Shown here piece after piece: positions 45,233-55,472 of a stretch of 64,000 nucleotides of DNA. Source of the DNA: SAR86 cluster bacterium (GTDB lineage: Bacteria; Pseudomonadota; Gammaproteobacteria; Magnimaribacterales; D2472). A model generated the notes under the pieces. That model was not told the origin of the DNA. It saw nothing but the letters and a program-made list of their open reading frames with translations, and searched no databases. The stretch lies in NCBI GenBank assembly GCA_023703655.1, contig CP097973.1, positions 170,663 through 234,662 on the forward strand, given 5' to 3'. Both the position numbers and the translations under genes were made by a program. Within the stretch, counting starts at the first letter, position 1. Every line of letters begins with the position of its first letter.

Positions 45233-45898
45233 GTGCATATTTTAGTAAGTGGTTTTTCTGGAAAGATGGGCACAGCCATCAGAAAATTAGGTTCAAAATT
45301 ACATAATTTAAGATTCCATGATATCGAAAAAGTTTGTTCTAAATCCGAGGTTGAATTTGATTTAATTATCGATTTTAGCCTACCATCTTTTTCATCGCAT
45401 GCTTTAAGTAAGGCCATTGAACTTGAGTTGCCAATTTTAATAGGAACAACAGGTCATGACGAAGAATTTATACTCTCCATTGAATCAGCTTCAAAAAAAA
45501 TCCCAGTTTTATATGAAGCTAATTTTTCTAAAGGTATCAGATTGCTAAAAAGAACTCTGCATGAATTTGTTAACAGAAATTACACAGAAGTGAAATTAAT
45601 AAGAATTTTTGAATCTCATCATCTCAACAAAAAAGATATTCCGTCAGGAACCGCACTTTCATTAAGAGACTTTCTTGCCTCAATGTTTTCTAGCGATCAA
45701 ACAATTGAGATATATGCTCAAAGAGCAAATAATATTTTTGGTATTCATAGAATTGAAATTGTATTAAAGAATGAGGAAGTTATTTCTTTTCTCCATAATG
45801 CTGAAAGCAGAGATATATTTGCTCACGGAGCAATTGAGGCAGGATTATGGCTTGTCAAACAAAAACCTGGCATTCATAAATTAGAAAATATTAATTAA
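45233..45898 (+). CDS. dapB: 4-hydroxy-tetrahydrodipicolinate reductase, compact form
   Basis: 221 aa with a GTG start. Motifs: GFSGKMG, FDLIIDFSLP, IGTTGHDEE, ANFSKG, ESHHLNKKDIPSGTAL, HNAESRDIFAHGAIEAGLWL. Colinear with E. coli DapB but about 50 aa shorter. Follows dnaJ, as in Pseudomonas. Confidence 0.88.
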   Translation: MHILVSGFSGKMGTAIRKLGSKLHNLRFHDIEKVCSKSEVEFDLIIDFSLPSFSSHALSKAIELELPILIGTTGHDEEFILSIESASKKIPVLYEANFSKGIRLLKRTLHEFVNRNYTEVKLIRIFESHHLNKKDIPSGTALSLRDFLASMFSSDQTIEIYAQRANNIFGIHRIEIVLKNEEVISFLHNAESRDIFAHGAIEAGLWLVKQKPGIHKLENIN

Positions 45899-45902
45899 AT
45901 CT

Positions 45903-46023
45903 TTTACAAATTGATAAATTTTTATAGAATAACCGCCATATCTAGAAAGCGACTAATTAAATCAGACAGGGTGCTTTTAAAAGTTATTTGATTTAACGCT
46001 GAATTAATAACCCGGAGAATTTT
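45903..46023 (+). promoter_or_regulatory. rpsB promoter-like hexamers (TTTACA-N16-TAGAAT) plus a roughly 90-nt leader; candidate S2 autoregulatory 5' UTR
   Basis: Hexamers at 45903-45908 and 45925-45930. At 125 nt this is the second-largest non-coding gap. GGAG Shine-Dalgarno at 46014-46017. I could not verify the leader structure by eye. Confidence 0.35.
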
Positions 46024-46911
46024 ATGAGTATAGTTTCAATTCAAGACCTGCTAAATGCGGGAGTTCATTTTGGCCATCAATCGCGATTTTGGAATCCTAA
46101 GATGGAACCGTTTATTTTTGATGTGAGAAAAAAAATTAGCATCATTAATCTTGAAATTACACAAGAATATTTAAGCGCTGCAGCATCAAAGGCTGAGGAG
46201 GTATGCTCTAAAGGCAACAAGATTTTATTTGTTGGCACAAAACGATCAGCATCCAAAACAATTCGAGAGGAAGCAAGTCATTTAGGATTACCTTATGTAG
46301 ATAAAAGATGGCTTGGAGGCACACTTACAAACTGGAAAACTATTCGTGGTTCAGTTAGAAGGCTGCTGGATATCGAAGAAATGATCTCATCTGGGAGAAT
46401 CAATAAGCTATCAAAAAAAGAGGCACTAGATATTAACAAAGAATATGAGAAGCTTAATGCAGCTGTTGGTGGAATTAAAGAAATGAAAGGGTTGCCTGAC
46501 GCACTGTTTGTAGTCGATGTTAATTATGAACGAAATGCAGTAGCCGAGGCAAAGAAGATGGGTATCCCAATCATTGCTTTAGTTGATACAAATTCCAATC
46601 CTGATGGTATTGATTTTGTTATACCTGGTAATGATGATGCTATAAGATCAGTAAAGCTTGTAACAAGGGTAATTGCAGATTCGTGTGCCACGGGACTATC
46701 CAACTCAAAGGGTGGAGCTATTGTAAGCTCTGATGAAGATGCTACAGTTGTTACTATCAGAAAGACTAATCCAACCTCTGGCAAAGTTGCAAACCTAATT
46801 TCCTCTGTTGATGAGGATTCTGATGATCCAGCCCTTATCCAAGAAGATGAATCAAATGAAACTAATGAATCTAAAGATGAAAATGTAAATGATGTAAAGG
46901 ACAAAAAATAA
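46024..46911 (+). CDS. rpsB: 30S ribosomal protein S2 with an acidic C-terminal extension
   Basis: 295 aa: ...[19 protein letters not shown]... The last 60 aa or so are low-complexity D/E/S/N-rich. Confidence 0.98.
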   Translation: MSIVSIQDLLNAGVHFGHQSRFWNPKMEPFIFDVRKKISIINLEITQEYLSAAASKAEEVCSKGNKILFVGTKRSASKTIREEASHLGLPYVDKRWLGGTLTNWKTIRGSVRRLLDIEEMISSGRINKLSKKEALDINKEYEKLNAAVGGIKEMKGLPDALFVVDVNYERNAVAEAKKMGIPIIALVDTNSNPDGIDFVIPGNDDAIRSVKLVTRVIADSCATGLSNSKGGAIVSSDEDATVVTIRKTNPTSGKVANLISSVDEDSDDPALIQEDESNETNESKDENVNDVKDKK

Positions 46912-47754
46912 ATGAAAATAAGTGCTTCACAAGTTCAAAAATTAAGGTCGATGTCTGGGGTAGGAATGATGGAATGCAAGAATGCTCTTGTGGAATGTGA
47001 AGGAGATATTGATAAAGCAATGGATTTTTTAAGAACTAATAGTTCGATCAAAGCCGATAGAAAATCCACGAGAATTGCTGCAGATGGGAAAATCATTGTT
47101 TGTAACAATAAAAAAAGATTTATGATGGCTGAAATTAATTCAGAAACAGATTTTGCTGCAAAAGATGAAAAGTTTGAAAATTTTTGTAATGAAGTTTCAA
47201 ATTATTTAGCCTCAAATGATGTGAGTTCAAATGATGAACTTAATGATGCTCTTAAAGCTAAAAGAGAAGAGCTAATCCAATCAATCGGGGAGAATATTCA
47301 GATTAGAAGACTCACTTGTATGAGTAAAGGTGTATCTAATGGAGTTTACTGTCACTCCGATAATAAGTTAGGAGCGGTTGTCTCAATTGATCAAAATGAT
47401 GAGGAGCTGGCAAAAAATTTAGCGATGCATGTTGCTGCAACAAATCCTATGTGCATTGACCCAAATGAGCTTGATGCTGGTATCCTTGAGAAAGAAAAGG
47501 CAATCTTTAAAAGTCAAGCCTCTGAAACCGGCAAAGATGAATCAATAATTGATAGGATTGTTGAAGGAAAAGTACAAAAATTTCTTTCAGAAGTTTCGTT
47601 ATTAAGTCAGCCATATGTTAAAGATCCTGAGTTAAAAATCAAAAATCTGCTTGGCAATGTAAATATTCTTGGAATAATGCGCCTTAAAGTTGGTGAGGAT
47701 ATTGTAGTCGAAAAGAAAGATTTTGCTGACGAGGTTGCAAGTCAATTAAAGTGA
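46912..47754 (+). CDS. tsf: translation elongation factor EF-Ts
   Basis: 280 aa: ...VQKLRSMSGVGMMECKNALVECEGDIDKAMDFLR... Confidence 0.98.
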   Translation: MKISASQVQKLRSMSGVGMMECKNALVECEGDIDKAMDFLRTNSSIKADRKSTRIAADGKIIVCNNKKRFMMAEINSETDFAAKDEKFENFCNEVSNYLASNDVSSNDELNDALKAKREELIQSIGENIQIRRLTCMSKGVSNGVYCHSDNKLGAVVSIDQNDEELAKNLAMHVAATNPMCIDPNELDAGILEKEKAIFKSQASETGKDESIIDRIVEGKVQKFLSEVSLLSQPYVKDPELKIKNLLGNVNILGIMRLKVGEDIVVEKKDFADEVASQLK

Positions 47755-48464
47755 GTAAACTTCAATATAAAAGATTGCTAGTCAAATTTAGTGGTGAGGC
47801 TGTCGCTGGAAAAGAATCTCAAGGCATAGACCCTAAAATTTTAAATAACATGGCAAACTCAGTAAAGCTTTGTAAAAATCTTGGTACTGAAATTAGTATA
47901 GTGATTGGAGGTGGAAACCTTTTCAGAGGTGAAAAGTTAAGTAAAGCTGGCATGGATAGAGTTGCTGGCGATCACATGGGCATGCTAGCAACTGTCATGA
48001 ATGGCATTGCATTAAGAGATGCTCTTGAAAGGACTGGAGTTAAAACAAGAGTAATGTCTGCTATTCCAATATCTGGTTTAGTAGAGCATTACGATAGAAG
48101 AATTGCAATACAGTTATTGAATGATGGATTTGTTGTAATTTTTACAGCAGGCACTGGCAATCCATTCTTTACAACAGATACAGCTGGATGCCTCAGAGCA
48201 ATTGAAACAGAATCAAATATTATGTTGAAAGCTACTAAAGTAGATGGTGTTTTCTCAGCTGATCCAGAAAAAGAAAAAGATGCTGAATTCTTCGAAGAAT
48301 TGAATTTTAATGATGCCATTTATAAGAACTTAAAATTTATGGATGCTACAGCATTGACACTTGCGCGTGATTATAATCTCCCACTAAAAGTTTATAATCT
48401 AAGCTTGAATAATGCGTTGCATGATATTGCACTTGGAAAAAGGATTGGCACCTTAATCAGTTAA
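47751..48464 (+). CDS. pyrH: UMP kinase
   Basis: 237 aa with a GTG start: ...YKRLLVKFSGEA...IVIGGGNLFRG... Confidence 0.97.
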   Translation: MSKLQYKRLLVKFSGEAVAGKESQGIDPKILNNMANSVKLCKNLGTEISIVIGGGNLFRGEKLSKAGMDRVAGDHMGMLATVMNGIALRDALERTGVKTRVMSAIPISGLVEHYDRRIAIQLLNDGFVVIFTAGTGNPFFTTDTAGCLRAIETESNIMLKATKVDGVFSADPEKEKDAEFFEELNFNDAIYKNLKFMDATALTLARDYNLPLKVYNLSLNNALHDIALGKRIGTLIS

Positions 48465-49019
48465 ATGGAAAATTTAATCTCAGATTTAGAAGACAAAATG
48501 CAGAAAACTATTGCATCTTTAAATAATGAATTTAAAAAGATCAGAACAGGCCGGGCAAATCCTAGTATGTTGGATGATATTAAAATTGATTATTACGGCA
48601 GCCCAACCCCAATAAATCAAGCTGCAAGCATAAGTGTGGAAGAAGGAAGAACTCTAACAATTTCACCTTGGGATAAATCTCTAATTGAAGATATTGAAAA
48701 GGCTATCATGAAGTCAGATCTTGGCTTAAATCCAAATACTTCTGGTGATTTAATAAGATTGACTATGCCTGTACTCACTGAAGAAACAAGAGGTGATTAC
48801 ATTAAGCAAGCTAAGAATGAAGCTGAAAATGCAAAGATTGCAATTAGAAATATTCGCCGTGATGCAAACAATCATGCAAAAGATTCTGAAAAAAATAATG
48901 AGATTTCTCAGGATGAGATGAAAAGACTTGAAGCAGAAGTTCAGAGGGTTACAGATACCTTTATTGAGTCAATTGAAAATGAACTAAAGAAAAAAGAAGC
49001 TGATTTGTCAGAAATATAA
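48465..49019 (+). CDS. frr: ribosome recycling factor
   Basis: 184 aa: ...FKKIRTGRANPSMLD... Confidence 0.98.
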   Translation: MENLISDLEDKMQKTIASLNNEFKKIRTGRANPSMLDDIKIDYYGSPTPINQAASISVEEGRTLTISPWDKSLIEDIEKAIMKSDLGLNPNTSGDLIRLTMPVLTEETRGDYIKQAKNEAENAKIAIRNIRRDANNHAKDSEKNNEISQDEMKRLEAEVQRVTDTFIESIENELKKKEADLSEI

Positions 49020-49047
49020 AAATGCAAAACCCACGTAATCTATTACC

Positions 49048-49728
49048 ATGAATATTGGTATCATCATGGACGGTAATGGAAGATGGGCAAAAAAGAATTC
49101 TTTCAATATAACCAGAGGTCATGAACAAGGCATAAATGTTGTAAGAGAAATAGTTGAAGAATCTGTTAAACAAAAACTTAATTCTTTAACCCTTTATGCG
49201 TTTAGTAGTGAAAACTGGTTGCGACCAAAAAGCGAGGTTGCGGGTATTAAAAACCTTATTATTCAAGCAATTAATAATCAATTAGATGAACTGATTGAGC
49301 AAAATGTAAAACTAAAATTTTTTGGTAACATTTCAGCTTTTGGTAATAAGGTTAGTACTAAAATTAATGATGCTGAGGCAGAGACTAATTTTAAGCATCC
49401 ATCTTTATTTTTAAATATTGCTCTTGGTTATGGAGGTCGTATGGATATCCTTAATGCAATAAATAAAATCTTAGATGAATCAAGAAATAAAAAAACCGTA
49501 ATAGATGAAGAAAAATTTTTTGATTACTTAGATGCCCCAATTAAAGATCTTGATTTGCTCATTAGAACAGGTGGCGAAATGCGCCTAAGTAACTTTTTAT
49601 TGTTCCACATAGCATATACAGAGCTCTTTTTTACAGAAAAATTGTGGCCAGATTTTACAAAAAAAGATTTTGTTAATTGCATAGATTCATTCTTATCTAG
49701 GGATAGGCGTTTTGGCAAAAGAGTTTAG
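49048..49728 (+). CDS. uppS: ditrans,polycis-undecaprenyl-diphosphate synthase
   Basis: 226 aa: IIMDGNGRWAK, LYAFSSENW, RTGGEMRLSNFLL. The N-terminus is short and there is no obvious Shine-Dalgarno. Confidence 0.95.
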   Translation: MNIGIIMDGNGRWAKKNSFNITRGHEQGINVVREIVEESVKQKLNSLTLYAFSSENWLRPKSEVAGIKNLIIQAINNQLDELIEQNVKLKFFGNISAFGNKVSTKINDAEAETNFKHPSLFLNIALGYGGRMDILNAINKILDESRNKKTVIDEEKFFDYLDAPIKDLDLLIRTGGEMRLSNFLLFHIAYTELFFTEKLWPDFTKKDFVNCIDSFLSRDRRFGKRV

Positions 49729-50515
49729 TAAAAATATTCAGCAAAGGACCCCAAGCGGTTTGATCGTTGCGATACTAGCAATACTATCTTTATATTCTCA
49801 AAGTATACTAATTAATCAATTCGCAATCTCAGTATTGATTATTTTAGGAATGATCGAAATTATTAGATTAATTAAAAATAAAGTGACAGTGGCAGTTGCT
49901 TCAATTGCAATATTCATTGTTATTTCTTTAATATCAATAGATCTAATAAAATTTTTTGTGCTATTTTCTGCTTTATTATGGATTTTTATTTTAATTTCAA
50001 TGATCTTTTTTCGAGGGTGGTTTGGCAAGCTTGATCATTCAATGATAGTTACTTTTAACCTAATGGGTTTTTATGCCTCATTCTTGTATATGTGCTCAAT
50101 AAGCAATATAAATGAGACGAATAATTTTTTAGTAATTTTTTTCATTGTTCTTAATATTGCAGTTTTTGATATATCTGCCTATTTATTTGGCACAAATTTT
50201 GGCAAAAGAAAGATTTTTCCAAACATCAGCCCTAATAAATCTCTTGAAGGCTTTGTTTTTGGAGCAATTATATGTTTTCTGTTGCTTTTGGCATTTTTAT
50301 ATTTTCAATTAATTGATATAAAAATTTTATCTATCCTATTGTTATCACTGTTATTTGCTGTGTTAGGTGATATTTATGAAAGTTACTTTAAAAGAATAAA
50401 TAATGTAAAAGATTCTGGGACCATCTTGCCTGGACATGGAGGCATTTTAGATAGAATCGACTCCCATATGTGTACATTTCCCATTGTTACAATAATCACG
50501 ATCCTATTCTTATGA
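49712..50515 (+). CDS. cdsA: phosphatidate cytidylyltransferase
   Basis: 267 aa, multi-TM, with the C-terminal signature ...SYFKRINNVKDSGTILPGHGGILDRIDS... The TTG start overlaps uppS by 17 nt; the start is less certain than the identity. Confidence 0.93.
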   Translation: MAKEFSKNIQQRTPSGLIVAILAILSLYSQSILINQFAISVLIILGMIEIIRLIKNKVTVAVASIAIFIVISLISIDLIKFFVLFSALLWIFILISMIFFRGWFGKLDHSMIVTFNLMGFYASFLYMCSISNINETNNFLVIFFIVLNIAVFDISAYLFGTNFGKRKIFPNISPNKSLEGFVFGAIICFLLLLAFLYFQLIDIKILSILLLSLLFAVLGDIYESYFKRINNVKDSGTILPGHGGILDRIDSHMCTFPIVTIITILFL

Positions 50516-51654
50516 AGGGAGTATTTATTTTAGGAGCTACTGGTAGCATTGGCGAGAATGCACTTAAGGTTTTGCAACAGAATTCAAATGAATTTTCCCT
50601 GACAGGCATATCATTTTTTAAAAATGTAGAGAAAGCTTATGAGATCAGTCAGAAATTCAGACCAAAATACATATTTAATCAATACAATGGCAATGAAAAA
50701 GTATTTGATCATGGAAAAATGTTATCTGATCAGGAAGAACTTCTTTCTTTGCTTCAGTCTGAAGAGGTTGACATAGTCATTTCAGGTATTTCTGGATTTG
50801 CGGGATTGAATTTAAATCTAGTAGCAGCAAAATCAGGTAAACTGCTATTGATTGCTAACAAGGAAAGTATTGTGATCGCAGGAGCACACTTTATAAAAGC
50901 TTGTAACGACTACAATACAAAAATTATTCCAATTGATAGTGAGCATAACGCAATTTCACAATGTTTAGATCATAACTATGATCAAAAAGATATCTACAAG
51001 ATAACTTTAACAGCATCAGGTGGCCCATTTGTGGGCAAACCTATCAGTGAATTAGGCAAAGTCTCTATTGAAGATGCACTGGAGCACCCAAATTGGGAAA
51101 TGGGAAAAAAAATTTCAATTGATTCAGCAACAATGGTGAATAAATGTCTTGAGTTAATTGAGGCATCAGTTTTATTTGATATACCTGCCTCCAAACTTGA
51201 TGTGGTAATTCATCCTCAAAGCATTCTACATTCAATGGTCACATATGTTGATGGTTCTACAATTGCTCAATTAAGTAATCCATCAATGGAAATTCCTATT
51301 GCAAATGCTATGCGATCAACAAAAAGATTGACAATCGATTTTAAAGAACTTTTTATAGAAAAAACTAATTTAGAGTTTTTCCCGTTATCTTTAGATCATA
51401 ATGAAATTATTGATCTTGCTTATGATGTTATAAATCTTGGTGGAACAAGAGGTGTTGTTTTTAATGCAGCTAATGAAGTAGCAGTTGAAAGTTTTTTGTC
51501 ATCAAAAATTAGCTTTCCAAAAATATTTAATGTAATTACTGAAACTTATAATTCTTTCGATCACTCTAATATGTGTAACCTGACTGAAATAAATGAATAT
51601 AATGACTATGCACGCAATATGGCGATAGAAGTGATAAAATCTCACACCAATTAA
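50512..51654 (+). CDS. dxr: 1-deoxy-D-xylulose-5-phosphate reductoisomerase
   Basis: Start moved to the ATG at 50512 (MKGVFILGATGSIGENAL...), an ATGA overlap with the cdsA stop. The track start at 50470 lies inside cdsA. Confidence 0.95.
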   Translation: MKGVFILGATGSIGENALKVLQQNSNEFSLTGISFFKNVEKAYEISQKFRPKYIFNQYNGNEKVFDHGKMLSDQEELLSLLQSEEVDIVISGISGFAGLNLNLVAAKSGKLLLIANKESIVIAGAHFIKACNDYNTKIIPIDSEHNAISQCLDHNYDQKDIYKITLTASGGPFVGKPISELGKVSIEDALEHPNWEMGKKISIDSATMVNKCLELIEASVLFDIPASKLDVVIHPQSILHSMVTYVDGSTIAQLSNPSMEIPIANAMRSTKRLTIDFKELFIEKTNLEFFPLSLDHNEIIDLAYDVINLGGTRGVVFNAANEVAVESFLSSKISFPKIFNVITETYNSFDHSNMCNLTEINEYNDYARNMAIEVIKSHTN

Positions 51655-51656
51655 TT

Positions 51657-52994
51657 ATGATATATTTTTTTGCAGCACTAATCCTTCTTGGAGTTCTGAT
51701 CACTATTCATGAGTTTGGACACTTTATAATGGCTCGTTTTTTTAATATTTATGTTCAAAGATTCTCGATAGGCATGGGCCCAGTAATTATTAAAAAGGAA
51801 GATAACTCTGGCACAGAATATGCTATTTCTGCTTTACCCCTGGGTGGTTACGTGGCAATGCTCTCTGAAAAGGCCCTTCAAGAAGATAATGCGTTAAGGG
51901 ATACACTTACAAAAGATCAGTTAAATAACACATTTGAATCCAAACCCAGATGGCAGAGAGCGCTAGTAATGCTAGCTGGCCCTCTTGCAAACTTTATTCT
52001 ATCAATTTTCATCTTCTTTTTTATTTTTTCAAATTCTTTAGAGAGAACGTTTAACTTAAATGTTGGTGAAATTACTTCGGCTATGATTATTGAGAATACT
52101 CAAATTCAATCAGGTCACGTTCTTAAATCAATAAATGACAAAATGCTTTCAAATTTACAAGAACTAAGATTGGAGCTTCTGTCAATGTCTGGGATGACTG
52201 GAGATATTTTTTTTGAGTTCGAGGACGAAAATGGCCAGCTATACTCTCAAAGCATTTTTGTTAAGGATTTTCTAAATAGTGAAGAATCACAACTTGTTCC
52301 CGAAAATGCCTTTGGTTTTAATATTGAATTATCGTTAATCCCATATGTTGGACAAATTCTTGAGAATTCTAATGCTTTCAATAGTGAACTAAAGTTAAAT
52401 GACTTAATTGTGAAAGCAAATTCAGTAAAAATTAAGTCATTTGAGCAACTAAAAGAAATTGTTACAAATTCGAGTAAAGATTTTATATCCCTAGAGGTTC
52501 TAAGAGACAACAGTACATATTACATGGAGATACCTCTATCAAATAACCTTAATCAAAATAGTAATATTCCTATCTTAGGAATTGTGCCTGGAAAAAAAAG
52601 AAGTATATTGCAATCTTTTGTAACGGGAGTTAATCAAACTTTTGATTTAAGCATTAGAACATTGAGTTTTATTGGAAAAATGATTACGGGTGATTTAGGT
52701 ACACAAAATCTAAGTGGACCAATTGGTATCGTCAAAGCAGCAGGAGATTCAGCAAAACTTGGTTTTTTACCTTTTTTGTACCTGATGGCAATTTTGAGTA
52801 TTTCACTTGGAGTCATTAATCTGTTACCAATTCCAGTATTAGATGGTGGTCAATTAATGATGCTTCTTGTGGAAGCAATAAAGGGTTCGCCATTGCCAGA
52901 AAAGATTGAAAATGTAATATATTCTGGAGGAATGGCTGTTGTTATAATGCTGATGTTTTTTGCAATTTTTAATGACATAACCAGATTTTTTTAG
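51657..52994 (+). CDS. rseP: RIP site-2 zinc metalloprotease RseP
   Basis: 445 aa: HEFGHF (HExxH), PDZ region, C-terminal ...NLLPIPVLDGG... Confidence 0.95.
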   Translation: MIYFFAALILLGVLITIHEFGHFIMARFFNIYVQRFSIGMGPVIIKKEDNSGTEYAISALPLGGYVAMLSEKALQEDNALRDTLTKDQLNNTFESKPRWQRALVMLAGPLANFILSIFIFFFIFSNSLERTFNLNVGEITSAMIIENTQIQSGHVLKSINDKMLSNLQELRLELLSMSGMTGDIFFEFEDENGQLYSQSIFVKDFLNSEESQLVPENAFGFNIELSLIPYVGQILENSNAFNSELKLNDLIVKANSVKIKSFEQLKEIVTNSSKDFISLEVLRDNSTYYMEIPLSNNLNQNSNIPILGIVPGKKRSILQSFVTGVNQTFDLSIRTLSFIGKMITGDLGTQNLSGPIGIVKAAGDSAKLGFLPFLYLMAILSISLGVINLLPIPVLDGGQLMMLLVEAIKGSPLPEKIENVIYSGGMAVVIMLMFFAIFNDITRFF

Positions 52995-53002
52995 GCAGAA
53001 AT

Positions 53003-55414
53003 TTGAAAAAATTTTTACTAATCTCTTTTTTTTTAGCCTCATGCAATATTGGCGCATTTGATGAATTTGTTATATCTGATATCAGAGTAGTTGGTTTACA
53101 AAGGGTATCCATTGGTAGTATTTTCACAATTATCCCCATTAATGTTGGTGATAGAATGTCTCAAGATAAAATCTCTGATATTGTAAATGCTTTATTTGAG
53201 ACTGAGCAGTTTAATAACATAGAGATTGCAAAAGATGATGGTGCTCTTATCATCCTTTTGCAAGAAAGACCTTCTATTTCATCAATCGAACTTGATGGTA
53301 ATCAAGCACTAAAATCAGAAGATCTCCTAAAAGGGCTTGAAGGCGCCGGTATATCTGAGGGACAAGTTTATAAAAGATCTACTCTTGAAGGTATGAAAAG
53401 CGAACTTGTAAGACAATATGCTTCTCAAGGAAGGTACGGTGCAAGTGTTGAAATTTTAACTACAGACAAACCACGAAATACTATTGATCTTAAGATTGTC
53501 ATTGATGAGGGGAAGTCTGCAAAGATCCACAAGATAAAGGTGTTAGGAAATAAAATCTTTCCAAGTGACGAGATAATGCAAGTATTTGAATTGAAGGAAG
53601 GGAATTGGTTTTCTTTTTTATCCAACAATGACAGATATTCAAAAGAGAAACTTGAAGGCGATCTTGAAAATTTAGAATCATATTATCTTGATCGTGGTTA
53701 CTTAGAGTTTTCATTAGAATCAATACAAGTAAGTATTTCTCAGGACAAAAGAGATGTTTTTATTACTATGAGTATTTTTGAGGGAGAAAAATTTACAATC
53801 AATGAGGTGAATGTTTTGGGAGATATGCCAATAGATGAGGAGGTATATCAACCAATAATAGAGTCGCTAAAAGATACAACTTACTCCCAAGCTCAGATAA
53901 CATCAATTGAGGAATATTTCACTAGTTTGCTTGGAAATCAGGGGTATACTTTTGCGGAAGTGAGAGGCAATCCAGAGATTCAAGAAAGCTCAAACCTTGT
54001 TGATTTACTGTTTATTATTCAACCTGGTAACAGGACATATGCAAGGAAGATAAATTTCTCGGGTAATTTTCTTACAAATGATGAAGTTCTAAGACGAGAG
54101 ATGAGACAATTTGAAGGAGCATGGGCATCAGATGATGCAATTGAAAATTCAAAAATAAGACTTGAAAGACTAGGATATTTCAAAGAAGTAAATGTTGAAA
54201 CAATTCCTGTGCCTGGAACAGAAGACCAGATAGACGTTGAGTTTTCTGTCGAAGAAGAGAGTACCTCAAGTATTGGTGGATCAATAGGGTATAGCGATTT
54301 TGGCTTGAATCTAGGAATTAATTTAGCAGATCAAAATTTTCTTGGCTCTGGAAATAGAGTAAATATTGGGATTAATAAGAGTATTTGGCAGGAAGCATAT
54401 AATTTTTCTTATTACGATCCTTATTTTACAAAAGATGGAGTAAGTAGAGGATATAGCTTATTTTTTCGAGAAACTGACTATGGTGAATTTAATATTGCAA
54501 ACTTCCTCACAAACTCTTTCGGAGGAGGTGTTCAATTTGGTTACCCCATAAATGAGATTGAGAGGGTTGGTTTAAATTTGAACTACGAAAAAACTGAGAT
54601 AGACGAAGGAAGTTTACCAGCAAGAGAGATAAAAGATTTTCTAACTTCAGAGGGCAATATTTTTGAAACATTGAAAGCTCAAATTGTCTGGTCAAGGATT
54701 ACTCTAAATAGAGGACTTTTTCCAACTAATGGTTCATCTATAGATATTTTTCTCCAAAGTACCATTCCTGGAAGTGACATAAATTACTACAAAGTAAATT
54801 TAAGAAATAAATTTTACAGGCCACTTGGATTTGCAGACTTAGTATTTGGTTTCACTGGAGAGCTTGGATTTCTTGAATCCTATGGAGATACTAAGGAAAC
54901 TCCGTTTTTTGAAAATTTTTACTCGGGTGGCCCAAGATCAATTAGGGGATTTGAATCAAATACACTCGGCCCAAGAGTTACACCTGCCCCCTGTTATGAA
55001 TACAATGATATAACTGATACATGTCCAAATATAATTGATACAGATTTTGATGGTATTCCAGATGCGCCTGCACAAAATCCATATTTATATGCACAGTTGG
55101 ATGATCCAATTGGAGGAAATTTATTAATTGAGGGAAGCCTTCAAATGATATTTAAGCTGCCTATGGTAGAAGATACTAGATCAATTAGATCAGCCTTTTT
55201 TTTAGATTTTGGTAATGTTTTTTCAACAAATTGTAAGGATTATCAGTTTAATTGTTTTGAACCATCTGTTGATGAGCTAAGATATTCAATTGGTGTAGGC
55301 ATAACATGGATGACAGGATTTGGACCTATGAGCTTTAGTCTGTCACAACCATTTAATGATGGTATATTCGATAGAACAGAGGAATTTCAATTCACAATTG
55401 GCACAACTTTCTAA
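53003..55414 (+). CDS. bamA: outer-membrane protein assembly factor BamA
   Basis: 803 aa with a TTG start. Signal peptide, POTRA repeats, C-terminal barrel ending ...FQFTIGTTF. Conserved loop Cys pair. Confidence 0.96.
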   Translation: MKKFLLISFFLASCNIGAFDEFVISDIRVVGLQRVSIGSIFTIIPINVGDRMSQDKISDIVNALFETEQFNNIEIAKDDGALIILLQERPSISSIELDGNQALKSEDLLKGLEGAGISEGQVYKRSTLEGMKSELVRQYASQGRYGASVEILTTDKPRNTIDLKIVIDEGKSAKIHKIKVLGNKIFPSDEIMQVFELKEGNWFSFLSNNDRYSKEKLEGDLENLESYYLDRGYLEFSLESIQVSISQDKRDVFITMSIFEGEKFTINEVNVLGDMPIDEEVYQPIIESLKDTTYSQAQITSIEEYFTSLLGNQGYTFAEVRGNPEIQESSNLVDLLFIIQPGNRTYARKINFSGNFLTNDEVLRREMRQFEGAWASDDAIENSKIRLERLGYFKEVNVETIPVPGTEDQIDVEFSVEEESTSSIGGSIGYSDFGLNLGINLADQNFLGSGNRVNIGINKSIWQEAYNFSYYDPYFTKDGVSRGYSLFFRETDYGEFNIANFLTNSFGGGVQFGYPINEIERVGLNLNYEKTEIDEGSLPAREIKDFLTSEGNIFETLKAQIVWSRITLNRGLFPTNGSSIDIFLQSTIPGSDINYYKVNLRNKFYRPLGFADLVFGFTGELGFLESYGDTKETPFFENFYSGGPRSIRGFESNTLGPRVTPAPCYEYNDITDTCPNIIDTDFDGIPDAPAQNPYLYAQLDDPIGGNLLIEGSLQMIFKLPMVEDTRSIRSAFFLDFGNVFSTNCKDYQFNCFEPSVDELRYSIGVGITWMTGFGPMSFSLSQPFNDGIFDRTEEFQFTIGTTF

Positions 55415-55417
55415 TTT

Positions 55418-55448
55418 TTGACATGTTTTCATAATCATTTGATATAAT
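55418..55448 (+). promoter_or_regulatory. promoter-like TTGACA ... TGATATAAT (extended -10) upstream of skp
   Basis: TTGACA at 55418-55423. TG at 55440-55441 followed by TATAAT at 55443-55448. The 19-nt spacer is long, but the extended -10 is a perfect TGnTATAAT. Confidence 0.4.
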
Positions 55449-55472
55449 CTCCCAACATTTTAGAGAATAAAT

